DNA of 51,733 bases from Candidatus Pacearchaeota archaeon (GTDB lineage Archaea > Nanobdellota > Nanobdellia > Pacearchaeales > GW2011-AR1), in NCBI GenBank assembly GCA_016196285.1, contig JACPXY010000044.1, positions 1 through 51,733 of the forward strand, given 5' to 3'. A program made the translations under genes and the position numbers. Position 1 is the stretch's first letter; each line of letters opens with the position of its first letter. Shown piece by piece: positions 24,116 to 34,039 of this stretch. Below the pieces are notes generated by a model. It worked only from the letters and a program-made list of their open reading frames with translations. It ran no database searches and was not told where the DNA came from.

Positions 24116-25201
24116 CTAATCTATTTGAAAATTATTCACATTCCATCTAGGACTAGAAGCAATGCTATAATTAATTAGGGGCTCCTTGATGATTCTCTTC
24201 ATGACCTCGAGATTGTAATACTGCGGGTCATCCATATTGGCTAATTCTCCTGACTTATGCGCGTCCTCTATCTCTTTTAATCCATATTCAATTCCATGCA
24301 ACGCCTGGAATCCTAGAATGCGCTCAAACTTCCTGAAGCTGACTCTATATGAACGGTTGTCTTTGTTATTCTCAATCTTTTCTATCTGCGAGCTCGGAAA
24401 GTATCCCTGTACGACTGGAACAAGATCACGAATCATGAAATTCAGCCTGCTGTTCCCTACGTTGAATATTTGTTTGTTCGTGATGCTGGTATCCTCGCTC
24501 ATAACTGCAAGTATTGCCCTGGAAGCATCTCTTACGTGGAGGAATGGTCTGTATTGCGTGCCGTCTCCATACAACATAATGCTCTTTCCCTGGAGAGCGC
24601 GTTTTGCCATGACGTTGACGGCAAGATCAAACCTCATTCTCGGAGAGTAGCCGAAGAGTGTTGCGAACCTTAGAGTGGAGACTGAGAATCTTGAGTCTGC
24701 CAAGGGAAGCAATTCGTTCTCGCACTGCAGTTTGGAGAGTGCGTATAATGTTACCGGACCAACAGTTGACTGCTCATCCAGCAGAGCATCGGCGCTTGCA
24801 CCGTAGACACTGCATGAAGAGATGAAGATGAATTTCTTCACTCCTTCTGCCTTTGCGCGACGCGCAAGAGACATAGTTGCTAGGAAATTAGTCTGTATGG
24901 TGAGATTCGGATCAAGGTCTCCGGAAGGGTCATTGGATAACCCTGAGAGATGAATTACTGTATCAACTCCCTTCAGCAATCGCGGAATGTTTTCATGGTG
25001 CGCCAAATCTATCTCAGTAAGATTCAAGTTAGGGTGATTTACATACTTCTCGAGAGATTTCTTGCCGAAATAAAATGTATCTAGAACATGCACTCTGAAT
25101 CCTGCTTCGAGGAGCATAGGCACGAGGACTGAACCTAGATATCCTGCTCCGCCGGTAACAACAATCCGCTTGCTCTCCTCTTTAGCATTGTGTACTTCCA
25201 T
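24116..25201 (-). CDS. NAD-dependent epimerase/dehydratase (SDR)
   Basis: 361 aa. Contains VVTGGAGYLGS and YALSKLQCE (YxxxK). Confidence 0.85.
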   Translation of the reverse strand: MEVHNAKEESKRIVVTGGAGYLGSVLVPMLLEAGFRVHVLDTFYFGKKSLEKYVNHPNLNLTEIDLAHHENIPRLLKGVDTVIHLSGLSNDPSGDLDPNLTIQTNFLATMSLARRAKAEGVKKFIFISSCSVYGASADALLDEQSTVGPVTLYALSKLQCENELLPLADSRFSVSTLRFATLFGYSPRMRFDLAVNVMAKRALQGKSIMLYGDGTQYRPFLHVRDASRAILAVMSEDTSITNKQIFNVGNSRLNFMIRDLVPVVQGYFPSSQIEKIENNKDNRSYRVSFRKFERILGFQALHGIEYGLKEIEDAHKSGELANMDDPQYYNLEVMKRIIKEPLINYSIASSPRWNVNNFQID

Positions 25202-25235
25202 ACAGAAGGTATAACTAGACTATTTATAAATTTAG

Positions 25236-25258
25236 TTATGTCAAGGAACTTGACATAA
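25236..25258. promoter_or_regulatory. 10-3-10 perfect palindrome TTATGTCAAG-gaa-CTTGACATAA between two divergent TATA boxes
   Basis: It is flanked by tatttataaat (for the minus-strand gene) and ctttaaatagc (for the plus-strand gene). Confidence 0.5.
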
Positions 25259-25291
25259 TAACTTTAAATAGCAAATTGAAGACTTTGTGAT

Positions 25292-25963
25292 ATGAAAATC
25301 TCGGTTGTGATGCCTGCACTGAATGAGGAAAAGCAAGTCGCTGCGTCAATTGCATCAGTGCCTGTGAAGGAGCTGAAAAAGCAAGGCTATGCAGTAGAGA
25401 TTCTGGTTATTGATGGCGGCAGCACAGATAGGACTATTGCCTTGGCACAGGAAGCAGGAGCGCTGGTTATTAAGTCTCGAAGAGGATATGGTCTACAGTA
25501 TAAAAAAGGATTTGCTGCTGCTGCAGGAGAGATTATTATAACTGGCGATTCTGACGGCACGTATCCCTTTGAAGACATGCTTACGTATCTGCAAGAAATG
25601 GAGAGACAGCAGCTTGATTTCATCAGTGTTAATCGGTTTGCAGGGCTTGAGCCAGGAGCAATGGCATGGGATAACTGGCTTGGAAACAAGTTCTTGACTT
25701 TAGTAACTAATATTCTATTTGGGTTCTCATTATGCGATTCACAGAGCGGCATGTGGATTATCAGAAAGAAGAGCTTGCCTGACCTGCGTGATTTATCTGA
25801 TGGGATGGCATTCAGCCAAGAGCTAAAGATTAAGGCATTTGAGAATGTGCATGCTGTTGAACTGCCTGGACGGTATAAAAAGAGAAATGGGATTACGAAG
25901 CTCAGCAAATTTATTGACGGGTTAAAGAATATGCACTCTCTCTTTAGAATGCGCTTCTCTTAA
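25292..25963 (+). CDS. glycosyltransferase family 2 (dolichyl-phosphate hexose synthase-like)
   Basis: 223 aa. Contains ISVVMPALNEE, VIDGGSTDRT and ITGDSDGTY. Confidence 0.85.
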   Translation: MKISVVMPALNEEKQVAASIASVPVKELKKQGYAVEILVIDGGSTDRTIALAQEAGALVIKSRRGYGLQYKKGFAAAAGEIIITGDSDGTYPFEDMLTYLQEMERQQLDFISVNRFAGLEPGAMAWDNWLGNKFLTLVTNILFGFSLCDSQSGMWIIRKKSLPDLRDLSDGMAFSQELKIKAFENVHAVELPGRYKKRNGITKLSKFIDGLKNMHSLFRMRFS

Positions 25964-26918
25964 ATCCGGGCGGCTGCGCCTCGAGATAGAGATAGTAGGT
26001 TGTATATAGTGCATTTCTAATATCTATATAGGAGCGTCTGGCGAAGATATTCTTGCTGCCGGTAAAAAAGTACTTGACCCTGAGATGATTCTGCCTCAGG
26101 AACCTGATAAATTCTTCGCGCTGCTTTGTATTAAAGAACTGGGCATGGAACTCGAAGAAAATTGCCAAACCTGGATTTTTCTTGATGAGCTGTGTAGCTC
26201 CTTTGAGAATATTGAACTCGTAGCCTTCAACATCCATGCGGATAAAATCTATCTTCTTTCCTCTGAACAAATTATCCAGCGTATCTACCTGAACTTTCTT
26301 GATTGAAAGAATATCAGAGTCATCTTCTCCTTTCTCGAACCTGCTGCAATTCCAGCTTTTCGCCATGTAGAACGGCAGTGTGCCTTTCTTATCGCTGATT
26401 CCGAGATTCATGAGTTTAATGTTCTTGTATCCATTCAGCTTCACATTTTTCTTCAGATAGTTGAAGGTTAAAGGGTTCGGCTCAACTGCATATATCTTTC
26501 CTGCTCCTTTCTGCGCAATCTTTGCTTCCATTAGAAGATAGTATCCTAGATTCGCACCAAGATCTATTGTATTCATATTCGGCTTATATTCTTTGAAGAA
26601 AGCACGCACAGAGTTCTTCTCCCTTATGCCTTCAATTATTAAATCTCGTGTTAATCCTTCGTCTGCAGTCGGAAGGAGCATGCGGTTGCCTAATACTTTT
26701 AACTCCACTTCCTTCTTGCCTGCAATGAACCTGCGGTATCGTGCATCAGAGTTATCCAGTGCTTGGGCTAGCTTCCTGAAGGGATAAGTAAGAATCCTTC
26801 CTGCAGTGTAGGCGAGGTACTTGAAGAAAATTATCTTGTTGTCATTGTAACAGAAACGTGCATGGGTCAAGAAGTGGCTTGTACTTTGCGCAGGTGTTCT
26901 AAAGTCAGGGTTTTCCAT
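25944..26918 (-). CDS. FkbM-family methyltransferase
   Basis: 324 aa. Contains TIDLGANLGYY and IDFIRMDVEGYEFNILKGA. It overlaps the convergent GT2 gene by 20 nt. Confidence 0.8.
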   Translation of the reverse strand: MENPDFRTPAQSTSHFLTHARFCYNDNKIIFFKYLAYTAGRILTYPFRKLAQALDNSDARYRRFIAGKKEVELKVLGNRMLLPTADEGLTRDLIIEGIREKNSVRAFFKEYKPNMNTIDLGANLGYYLLMEAKIAQKGAGKIYAVEPNPLTFNYLKKNVKLNGYKNIKLMNLGISDKKGTLPFYMAKSWNCSRFEKGEDDSDILSIKKVQVDTLDNLFRGKKIDFIRMDVEGYEFNILKGATQLIKKNPGLAIFFEFHAQFFNTKQREEFIRFLRQNHLRVKYFFTGSKNIFARRSYIDIRNALYTTYYLYLEAQPPGFKRSAF

Positions 26919-26924
26919 AGTATC

Positions 26925-28562
26925 TTAGAGACGAGTCTTTTTCAGTATCTTTGTATACTCGCTTACTGAGCCGAGTATAAAAAGGTTTCCGTCGGAAAGT
27001 AACTTGCTGTAGAGTAGAGCCAGATATGCTCCGAAACGTAGATAGTGCTTCGCATACCAATGATTAAACAGTGCTACCTCAAATTTCTTGGCAAGCAGAT
27101 GCTGCTTGTCTTTGACTAATCCAAGCGGTGCGCGTGAACACTCAAGTAAAGGATATGCTATCTTTTCCTTATCAGCAATTGATTGCAGCACTATGTGCTT
27201 CTCTCGAATCATTTGCAGCATACGGGGAACATTACGTTTTACGAATTCTCTGCTGAATGCATAACATGGGAGGGGAAATACAGTCTCAATGCCTCTCTGT
27301 CCGAGAGAAGGCTCTGTGCGAAGCGCGCAAATCTCTCCAAGAGCAGGATGCACGTACAAATAATCATTCAACAGTATCTCGTGGCCTGCAGCAAGTCCGA
27401 GCGTCCTGCATACTCCTGTTCCTTTTGAAAATGAGACTGGATAGTCAATAATGCAGAGATACTCTTCACTCATTGAAAGAAGAAGTGCGTGTATTTCTTC
27501 TTGTGAGAGGCTACTTGCATTTACCTGCCTGTGAGGGGTGGTGCTTGATATTGGCGAATCAGTATATGTGATAAAAAGAGCTGTTTTCTCCTGCATAGAA
27601 ACTGCAGAAAACTTGGCAGTTCTCCTGAAGAACTCTCTAAAGAGAGTGTCCCAGTTGTAGTTCTTGACAATGTGTTTGTAAGCATTCTGTGCAATGCGCT
27701 CACGCTCAGACTCATGCTTCAGATAATACTTTACTTTCTTAACAAGGTCGGATGCGCTGGAGAAATAGGCTGCCTCTTTTCCTGAACGCAGCATCCCTTT
27801 AGTCTCATTATTGTCAGTGATTACCTGGAACGTGCCGCAGCCAGCAACTTCTGCGAGACGGCCTTTTATCTTTAGTACTTTTCCTGAATCATCAATCAAA
27901 AAACTTGGGATAATCCTGCTCTCATTAGTAATCTGTACCATATCCTTGGCAAAGCCGCGATATGCCTTCTGAATAATTGAATCATGCACTGAATCCCATC
28001 CCTTACCCCAGATGTTCACATTAATACCTGCCTCTAATAAGTGCTTGAGCATGGAGACTCGCTCATTCGAAGGCTGGCCTATGAAGGAGACATCGTACTT
28101 CTTCTCTGTCTTGAGCTTCTTGAAAACATGTGTATTGCATGAATACGGCATGAGATAGAAGTTAGACAAACCAAGCTTCTTTGCCTGGAGGTATGCAGGA
28201 AGATACGTAGTGATGCACACATCGAAGAATGGTGCAAAGTACTTTGAGTAAATTTCGAATCGTGATTCATCATCTGAGAAGAAGTTGATGAGCTTAGTGG
28301 AAGGAGATACCTCCTTGACTTTCTTGAATGTCTCAAGATAAAACTCATCATAAATCACTGAGAGAAAGACGAAATGAGGCTTGAATCTCTTAATGAGCTG
28401 AAGGAATTCCTTGTTCATTGCATCTTTTCCGTACTTGAAATAGTACTTGCGCGGATCGAATACCTGCATAGATGACGCACTCTTCTTGAGAGGAAGATAC
28501 CAGTTCTGATAAGGATAATCTAACTTATCTTCTGCGTTCCAAGGAGCAAATAGGAGTTTCAT
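26925..28562 (-). CDS. CgeB-like glycosyltransferase (DUF3880 + Glyco_trans_1_2-type) with an extra ~200-aa C-terminal region of unknown function
   Basis: 545 aa. NVNIWGKGW ... RLAEVAGCGTFQVITD ... VKYYLKHESERERIAQNAYKHIVKNYNWD follows the CgeB-family pattern. Confidence 0.65.
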   Translation of the reverse strand: MKLLFAPWNAEDKLDYPYQNWYLPLKKSASSMQVFDPRKYYFKYGKDAMNKEFLQLIKRFKPHFVFLSVIYDEFYLETFKKVKEVSPSTKLINFFSDDESRFEIYSKYFAPFFDVCITTYLPAYLQAKKLGLSNFYLMPYSCNTHVFKKLKTEKKYDVSFIGQPSNERVSMLKHLLEAGINVNIWGKGWDSVHDSIIQKAYRGFAKDMVQITNESRIIPSFLIDDSGKVLKIKGRLAEVAGCGTFQVITDNNETKGMLRSGKEAAYFSSASDLVKKVKYYLKHESERERIAQNAYKHIVKNYNWDTLFREFFRRTAKFSAVSMQEKTALFITYTDSPISSTTPHRQVNASSLSQEEIHALLLSMSEEYLCIIDYPVSFSKGTGVCRTLGLAAGHEILLNDYLYVHPALGEICALRTEPSLGQRGIETVFPLPCYAFSREFVKRNVPRMLQMIREKHIVLQSIADKEKIAYPLLECSRAPLGLVKDKQHLLAKKFEVALFNHWYAKHYLRFGAYLALLYSKLLSDGNLFILGSVSEYTKILKKTRL

Positions 28563-28590
28563 ATCTTGAATATAGGAATAAGGTTTAAAG

Positions 28591-30345
28591 TCATTTCGCC
28601 CGCTTCTTCATGAATAGGTAGCTTCCCAGAGCAAGATACTTGAGGTCTGAGTTCTCTACAGTATGCAAGGCATCTTCAGGAGTCAGAACATTTGGTTCTC
28701 CATGGAGGTTGAATGAAGTATTCAAGAGCGCTCCGACACCCGTCTTTTTTGCAAAAGCCGATATTAGGTCGTAATATTCTTTATTGTGCTCTCTTGTGAC
28801 CACTTGCGGTCTTAGTGTAAAGTCATAAGGATGCATTGCTGCAGGCAGTTCCTTCTGTGCTTTTGATGTTGAGCCAAAGGTGAGCACCATATATGGTGTA
28901 GCGATATGTTTTGAGTTATTAAAGTAGGAATCAGCATATGTATCAAGAATGCTTGGAGTGAAAGGCATCCAGAAATCCCTATCTTTTATGGTCTCGTTCA
29001 GGATTCTGATTGTATCCTCTCTTGCAGGATTTGCAAGAATTGATCTGTTTCCTAAAGCGCGTGCGCCCCACTCGCTTTTTCCTGTGCAGCGTGCGACAAT
29101 CTCTCCTCTTGCCAATAAACGCGCCAGTTCTGCAGTGATGTTCTTGAGCTTTCTGATAGTGTATCTCTTTGATAAGTCTTTCTTTTCAATCAGTTTCTTT
29201 ATGTATGTATCATCATAATCTGGACCTAGGTAAAGATGTGTGAAAGGCTCTGGCGCAACAGGAAGATTCTGCTCGTGACACGAGACTGCATAGCCATAGT
29301 AACAGCATCCGAACGGATTGGACTCATCCCCACAGCTAGGCATGATAAACAGCTTCTTGACTTCCGGCAGCTCCGCAATCCTCATATTTGCCTTCACATT
29401 CATGAAGACGCCTCCTGAAAGCGCGATGGAGTGAATACCTGTCTTCTGTATAGCTTTTGTTATCCACTCACACACCCTCTCCTCAACCAGTTTCTGAACA
29501 GCTCCTGAGATGACGTCAAATCTCTGGAATCTCATTTCTCTAGCAAAGAAATGGTCTGCAAATGGCATGTTAAATCTTGACTCAAAGCGCAGATCATTGG
29601 TCACTCTAATCAGGCCTTTGAATGAATCGTAGATTTTCTGTATATTGTGCTCCTTCGCATAAGGTGCAAGACCCATAACCTTGAACTCGTGCTCGAGAGG
29701 CTTCATGCCTAAATGAATTGTGGCGAGAGAATAGAGGTAACCAAGCGAGGCTGCCTTCTTTGTTCTGGAAATTGTCTGCAGATTCTTTCCATCGAAGATA
29801 CTGACTGTGGCACAGAGTCCGGAACCTTCTCCATCAAGCGTGAATATCAGCGTCTTTTCACTCTGAGAAAGGTTGAAACAGGGAGAATATGCATGCGCAA
29901 GATGATGGTCTATCACGAGAATCTGCTCCTGCTTGAGTGAAAAGGAGCGCGCCAATACTCTCTTCAGCATTTGTGCACGGTGCTTCCGATGCGCTGCTTC
30001 TTTACTTTCCTTGCTGCCTGCGTAGAGCGAGAAAAGCGCAGGAAACTTATATCCGAGCTGTGAGAGAAGGCGTTTACTGAATGGCTTCTTTGTGTATGCC
30101 TCTAGAAATCGCTTTCCGAAATTCGGGTCGGTGTCGATATCGTAATGGTCATCAAGCACCACATATTCTATTTCTCTGAATGTTATGTTCGCTTCACTCA
30201 TGAGAGTATGAATTGCAGTGTGCGGGATGCCTGAATGGTTTTTTACCCTGGAAAAACGCTCCTCGCTGATGCAACCCAGAATCTTGCCGTTGTGCAGAAG
30301 TGCAGCAGTTGCATTGTGCCCGATATTCAGACCTAAAATATACAT
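28591..30345 (-). CDS. carbamoyltransferase (NodU/CmcH family)
   Basis: The homology-consistent start is MYILGLNIGHNATAALLHNGKILGCISEERFSRVKN (ATG at 30345). The ORF-track start 30468 would overlap the upstream gene by 101 nt. The C-terminal LNTSFNLHGEPNV motif is present. Confidence 0.85.
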   Translation of the reverse strand: MYILGLNIGHNATAALLHNGKILGCISEERFSRVKNHSGIPHTAIHTLMSEANITFREIEYVVLDDHYDIDTDPNFGKRFLEAYTKKPFSKRLLSQLGYKFPALFSLYAGSKESKEAAHRKHRAQMLKRVLARSFSLKQEQILVIDHHLAHAYSPCFNLSQSEKTLIFTLDGEGSGLCATVSIFDGKNLQTISRTKKAASLGYLYSLATIHLGMKPLEHEFKVMGLAPYAKEHNIQKIYDSFKGLIRVTNDLRFESRFNMPFADHFFAREMRFQRFDVISGAVQKLVEERVCEWITKAIQKTGIHSIALSGGVFMNVKANMRIAELPEVKKLFIMPSCGDESNPFGCCYYGYAVSCHEQNLPVAPEPFTHLYLGPDYDDTYIKKLIEKKDLSKRYTIRKLKNITAELARLLARGEIVARCTGKSEWGARALGNRSILANPAREDTIRILNETIKDRDFWMPFTPSILDTYADSYFNNSKHIATPYMVLTFGSTSKAQKELPAAMHPYDFTLRPQVVTREHNKEYYDLISAFAKKTGVGALLNTSFNLHGEPNVLTPEDALHTVENSDLKYLALGSYLFMKKRAK

Positions 30346-30367
30346 AGAAACACCTGCACTAAAAGGC

Positions 30368-31369
30368 TTATAAGTCTTTTGCCCTGGAAGATAGATATGC
30401 ATCAAACTCCCTGACCCTGCCACGTCGTATCCTCTGAAGATGTGTGAAGCAGTACCACAGAGAGGCAAAGTAGTGTTTAAGCTTGAGTCTATGCTTCTTC
30501 TCAGGGTGTAAAAGAAAGAGTGCGATTCTCAATGCAGTTATGCCGAGCAGTGTCCAGAAGAATATAATCTTCTCTTTGAAGGTTGAATTAAGATTCTTGA
30601 AATTAAAGTAAAAATGGTCTACTTGATTCAAGAAACTTGCACGTTCACTCGGCTGGCGCTCCTTAAAAGAATAACGGTGTGTCAGTTTTGCATGAGGGGT
30701 TATGAAAATTGAATTCTTGAATTTTCTGCTTAGTCTATATCCAAAATCGATGTCTTCTGCAACTGTATAACCGAGTAAATTCTCATCGAACTTCATGCTC
30801 TTGAACAGCTCTTTAAGATAAGCCATGTTATCTCCAGGCATCCAGTCTGCATTAATCGTCTGGGAGATAACAAGCGGGTACCGATTGCCGTACGCAGAGA
30901 CTATGGATGCATCGTTTTCATACAGTCTGCCTCCAAGAAAAAACAGTTTTCGTGCAATCTTCTCTATTGTTGAAGGCAGAGGCATATTCTTCTCATAGGG
31001 CACATAGCCTGCTGCTGCCTTTGCTTCTGGATGAGCATTGAATACTTTCAGAATCTCTACGAAGTAATTTGCACCAACGCTCACATCATCATCGGTGAAG
31101 CAGATAATCTTAGATGCTGGAGATGCATGCTTGACTCCAAGGTTGCGGGCTCGTGTGATTGAGGGAGTGGATGAATGAATGTATCTTATCTTCTGTAAAT
31201 TCTGGCGCTTAACGACTTGTTTTGAAGCATTGTTTGCGCTCTGGTCAACAACAATCACTTCCCTTAGATACTTGAGATGAGGTTTAAATGCCTTGAGTGT
31301 TATAGCTAATTCATCTGCACGATTGAATGTTGGGATGACTACCGATATATCCTTCAGCGAATACGGCAT
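30368..31369 (-). CDS. glycosyltransferase family 2
   Basis: 333 aa. Contains ISVVIPTFNRADEL, VVDQSANN and FTDDDV. Confidence 0.85.
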   Translation of the reverse strand: MPYSLKDISVVIPTFNRADELAITLKAFKPHLKYLREVIVVDQSANNASKQVVKRQNLQKIRYIHSSTPSITRARNLGVKHASPASKIICFTDDDVSVGANYFVEILKVFNAHPEAKAAAGYVPYEKNMPLPSTIEKIARKLFFLGGRLYENDASIVSAYGNRYPLVISQTINADWMPGDNMAYLKELFKSMKFDENLLGYTVAEDIDFGYRLSRKFKNSIFITPHAKLTHRYSFKERQPSERASFLNQVDHFYFNFKNLNSTFKEKIIFFWTLLGITALRIALFLLHPEKKHRLKLKHYFASLWYCFTHLQRIRRGRVREFDAYLSSRAKDL

Positions 31370-31452
31370 GATAGTGATTGCGTGAAATGCTATATAAGTC
31401 TTTGGAAGTATAGTTCAGCATCTTTATATACAAAGAATACTTTTCACAAAGA

Positions 31453-33003
31453 ATGGCTCGAAGTGTGAAAAAGAGTGAAGAACGGACTGAATTTCACCAG
31501 CGTCTGGGCTATGTTGCTAAATCCTCTATTATTGTACTAGTCAGCGTTTTTCTCGCCAAGATCCTGACGTATGCATACAAAGCCGTCATTGCGCAGAACT
31601 TCGGACCTGCAGTTTATGGACTGTACTCGCTCGCACTTATGGTTGCTGGATGGTTTATTGCATTGTCCTCTTTAGGACTTGCGGAAGGACTTCTGCGCTT
31701 CATGCCTATTTATGCAGGAAAGAAAGAGTGGGGAAAGCTAAGATTTGTTTTCAGAAAGGGCTTTAGGACGCTGTGTATCACAGGCATCATCTTCAGCGCG
31801 CTCCTATTCATAGGTGCAGAGGTTATCTCAGTCCAGCTTTTTCATGATAATGAACTAATACCATTCCTGCGCTGGTTCAGCATAACTGTAATTCTTACAA
31901 TCCTTGCCAGTCCATTTGTTGATGCGTTGATGGTATTTGAGAAGATACGCTTATTCTCATTCATCTCGAACGTGCTTCCGAACCTTGCTAGGATTATCTT
32001 CTTGGTATTATTCATCTCTTTGGGGCTCCAGAATAATGCAATCATCTACTCTCATGTGCTGGGGGTTGCACTGGTACTTATTGCAAGCATTCTGGTGGCG
32101 TTCTCATACATACCTGTCTTGCGAGGGCATATTGACTTGCAGAAACGAGAGAAAAAGAATATCTGGTCTGATGTGCTCTCATACTCGTGGCCTATTCTGT
32201 TTCTAGGTATTGTTTCGAATATATTCTACTGGATTGACACTTTCTTTATTGGATACTACATTGATGCATATGAAGTAGGCATCTATAATGCTGCTGTACC
32301 GATTGCACTGCTGCTTGGATTCGTGCCATCATTGGTTATGACCGTGCTCTTCCCGCTCATCAACAAGGAATATGCTCGGAAAAAACTGGATGTGGTGCGG
32401 GACTTAAATAAGCAGGTAGGGAAATGGATATTCCTGCTTAATCTGCCGCTCCTCTGCGTATTCCTAATCTTCCCAGAGACATTTATCCAGATTCTCTTTG
32501 GAGCTGAGTTTATACGAGCAGCTGCATCTCTGCAGGTAATCGCATTCGGCTCATTTGCCTATGCTCTTGGAGTAAGCGCACTTGGACTGATTTCTATGCT
32601 TGGAAAGTCTCGGCTTATTCTGATTATTTATCTTGCAGGTTCACTCTTGAATGCATTTCTCAACATGCTTTGGGTTCCAAGGTATGGGATTATCGGAGCA
32701 GCATTCTCTACTATGCTGATGTACTTTGCAGTAACCTGTATCCTTCTCTTCTATACCAAGAAATATCTAAATACTATTCCCTTGCGGAGAAAGGTACTGC
32801 GCATACTTCTTATTGGGCTAATGCCTGCCCTGGTGCTATGGGGAGTGACACGTATTATTACAGTGGATGCTATTGGAGCTATAGTGCTGTGCATTTTGTA
32901 TGGTTTAGTCTATCTTGCCTTGCTTTTTACAACTGGCTGTCTTGACAGCAATGATTTGTATATCTGGAATGCTTTAAGAAAGAAGCTTTTTAGAGATGTT
33001 TAG
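31453..33003 (+). CDS. oligosaccharide flippase (Wzx-like, MOP/MATE-type polysaccharide biosynthesis protein)
   Basis: 516 aa with about 14 predicted TM helices. The size and pattern are characteristic of Wzx/RfbX proteins in glycan clusters. Confidence 0.8.
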   Translation: MARSVKKSEERTEFHQRLGYVAKSSIIVLVSVFLAKILTYAYKAVIAQNFGPAVYGLYSLALMVAGWFIALSSLGLAEGLLRFMPIYAGKKEWGKLRFVFRKGFRTLCITGIIFSALLFIGAEVISVQLFHDNELIPFLRWFSITVILTILASPFVDALMVFEKIRLFSFISNVLPNLARIIFLVLFISLGLQNNAIIYSHVLGVALVLIASILVAFSYIPVLRGHIDLQKREKKNIWSDVLSYSWPILFLGIVSNIFYWIDTFFIGYYIDAYEVGIYNAAVPIALLLGFVPSLVMTVLFPLINKEYARKKLDVVRDLNKQVGKWIFLLNLPLLCVFLIFPETFIQILFGAEFIRAAASLQVIAFGSFAYALGVSALGLISMLGKSRLILIIYLAGSLLNAFLNMLWVPRYGIIGAAFSTMLMYFAVTCILLFYTKKYLNTIPLRRKVLRILLIGLMPALVLWGVTRIITVDAIGAIVLCILYGLVYLALLFTTGCLDSNDLYIWNALRKKLFRDV

Positions 33004-33121
33004 ACAGAGATTTCTTATTATCTGAAGAACCTTATGGCTGAACATTTATTGATGGCAGTGACCATTGTTTTCATATAGGCTATCTAGAAATCCCCTTCCT
33101 TTATAGATTATATACCTTAAG

Positions 33122-34039
33122 TTAATTCATCCGAGACTTGAACCACTCAACCGTCTCACGAGCGCCTTGCTCATATGTATGCCGCGGCTTCCAACCAAGT
33201 TCTCTCTGGACGAGAGAAGTATCAAATACAATGTCATGCACTTCTCCCTTGATTGCGGGAACATGAATTGCTTCTCCGTTGAATCCAGTATACTTCTTAA
33301 GCAGATTAAATAATTCATTCACACTTACCTGCGTGCCATTTGCAAGATGGAACAGCTTATGCTCGGGAGTTTTTGGAATGCAGAAAACCAGAAATTCTGC
33401 TAGATCAAGAACATATATAAAATCCCTAGTTTGAGTGCCGTCGCCAAATATCTTGGGCGCTTCACCGCGAAGCATCTTATCAGTAAACAAGCCTGTGACT
33501 CGAGTTGTCTTCGGGTCATCTCTCGGTCCGTAGACATTGCCGAAGCAAAAGATGAGATAATCAAGACCATATAGCTGATGATACATCCAGACATAATGCT
33601 CTGCTGTGTGCTTTGAGATGCCGTACGGCGAGAGCGGGTTAATTGGATGGTCTTCTGCTACCGGAAGCCTGACTGGCTCTCCGACACGAGCTGAAGTTGA
33701 CGTATAGATGATTTTCCTGACTTTATGCTTCCTGCATGCTTCTAGAACATTGATTGTACCAAGAATATTTGTTGTTGCATCGTGAATCGGCTCTTGCAGG
33801 GACTTTCTCAAGTCAACATTAGCTGCTAAATGCATAACTATCTCTGGCTTCTCTTTTTCGAAGACTGCATCGAGGTTTCCATTTAGATCCTCGTGATAGA
33901 ATGAGGCTTGTGGATTTACATACTCTCTTTTGCCAGTACTCATATTGTCTACGATAACCACCTCATATCCCTCTTTGATGAGGGTGTCGGTAAGATGGCT
34001 TCCAATAAATCCTGCACCGCCTGTTACTAAGACCTTCAT
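33122..34039 (-). CDS. NAD-dependent epimerase/dehydratase (GalE-like)
   Basis: It starts MKVLVTGGAGFIGSHL (ATG at 34039, an ATGA overlap with the upstream stop; the ORF-track start is 34072). Contains YGISKHTAE (YxxxK) and GDGTQTRDFIYV. Confidence 0.85.
   Translation of the reverse strand: MKVLVTGGAGFIGSHLTDTLIKEGYEVVIVDNMSTGKREYVNPQASFYHEDLNGNLDAVFEKEKPEIVMHLAANVDLRKSLQEPIHDATTNILGTINVLEACRKHKVRKIIYTSTSARVGEPVRLPVAEDHPINPLSPYGISKHTAEHYVWMYHQLYGLDYLIFCFGNVYGPRDDPKTTRVTGLFTDKMLRGEAPKIFGDGTQTRDFIYVLDLAEFLVFCIPKTPEHKLFHLANGTQVSVNELFNLLKKYTGFNGEAIHVPAIKGEVHDIVFDTSLVQRELGWKPRHTYEQGARETVEWFKSRMN

Noticed and set aside
25387-25908. Long antisense 'shadow' ORFs inside well-supported genes. Others are 13976..14527, 17085..17465, 40698..41225, 41176..41646, 50701..51153, 461..718, 1154..1474 and 8643..8852.
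   Set aside because: Each lies fully within, and opposite to or out of frame with, a gene that has clear family motifs. Their sequences are low-complexity with no motifs, as expected for chance open frames.
30346-30468. N-terminal 41-aa extension of the carbamoyltransferase. The same issue applies to 48369..48578 (queC), 9418..9456 (ABC ATPase), 37227..37280, 39364..39426, 34040..34072 and 16732..16755.
   Set aside because: The extensions overlap upstream genes or promoters and lack homology to the families. The conserved N-termini begin at internal ATGs that sit about 25 nt from a TATA box.
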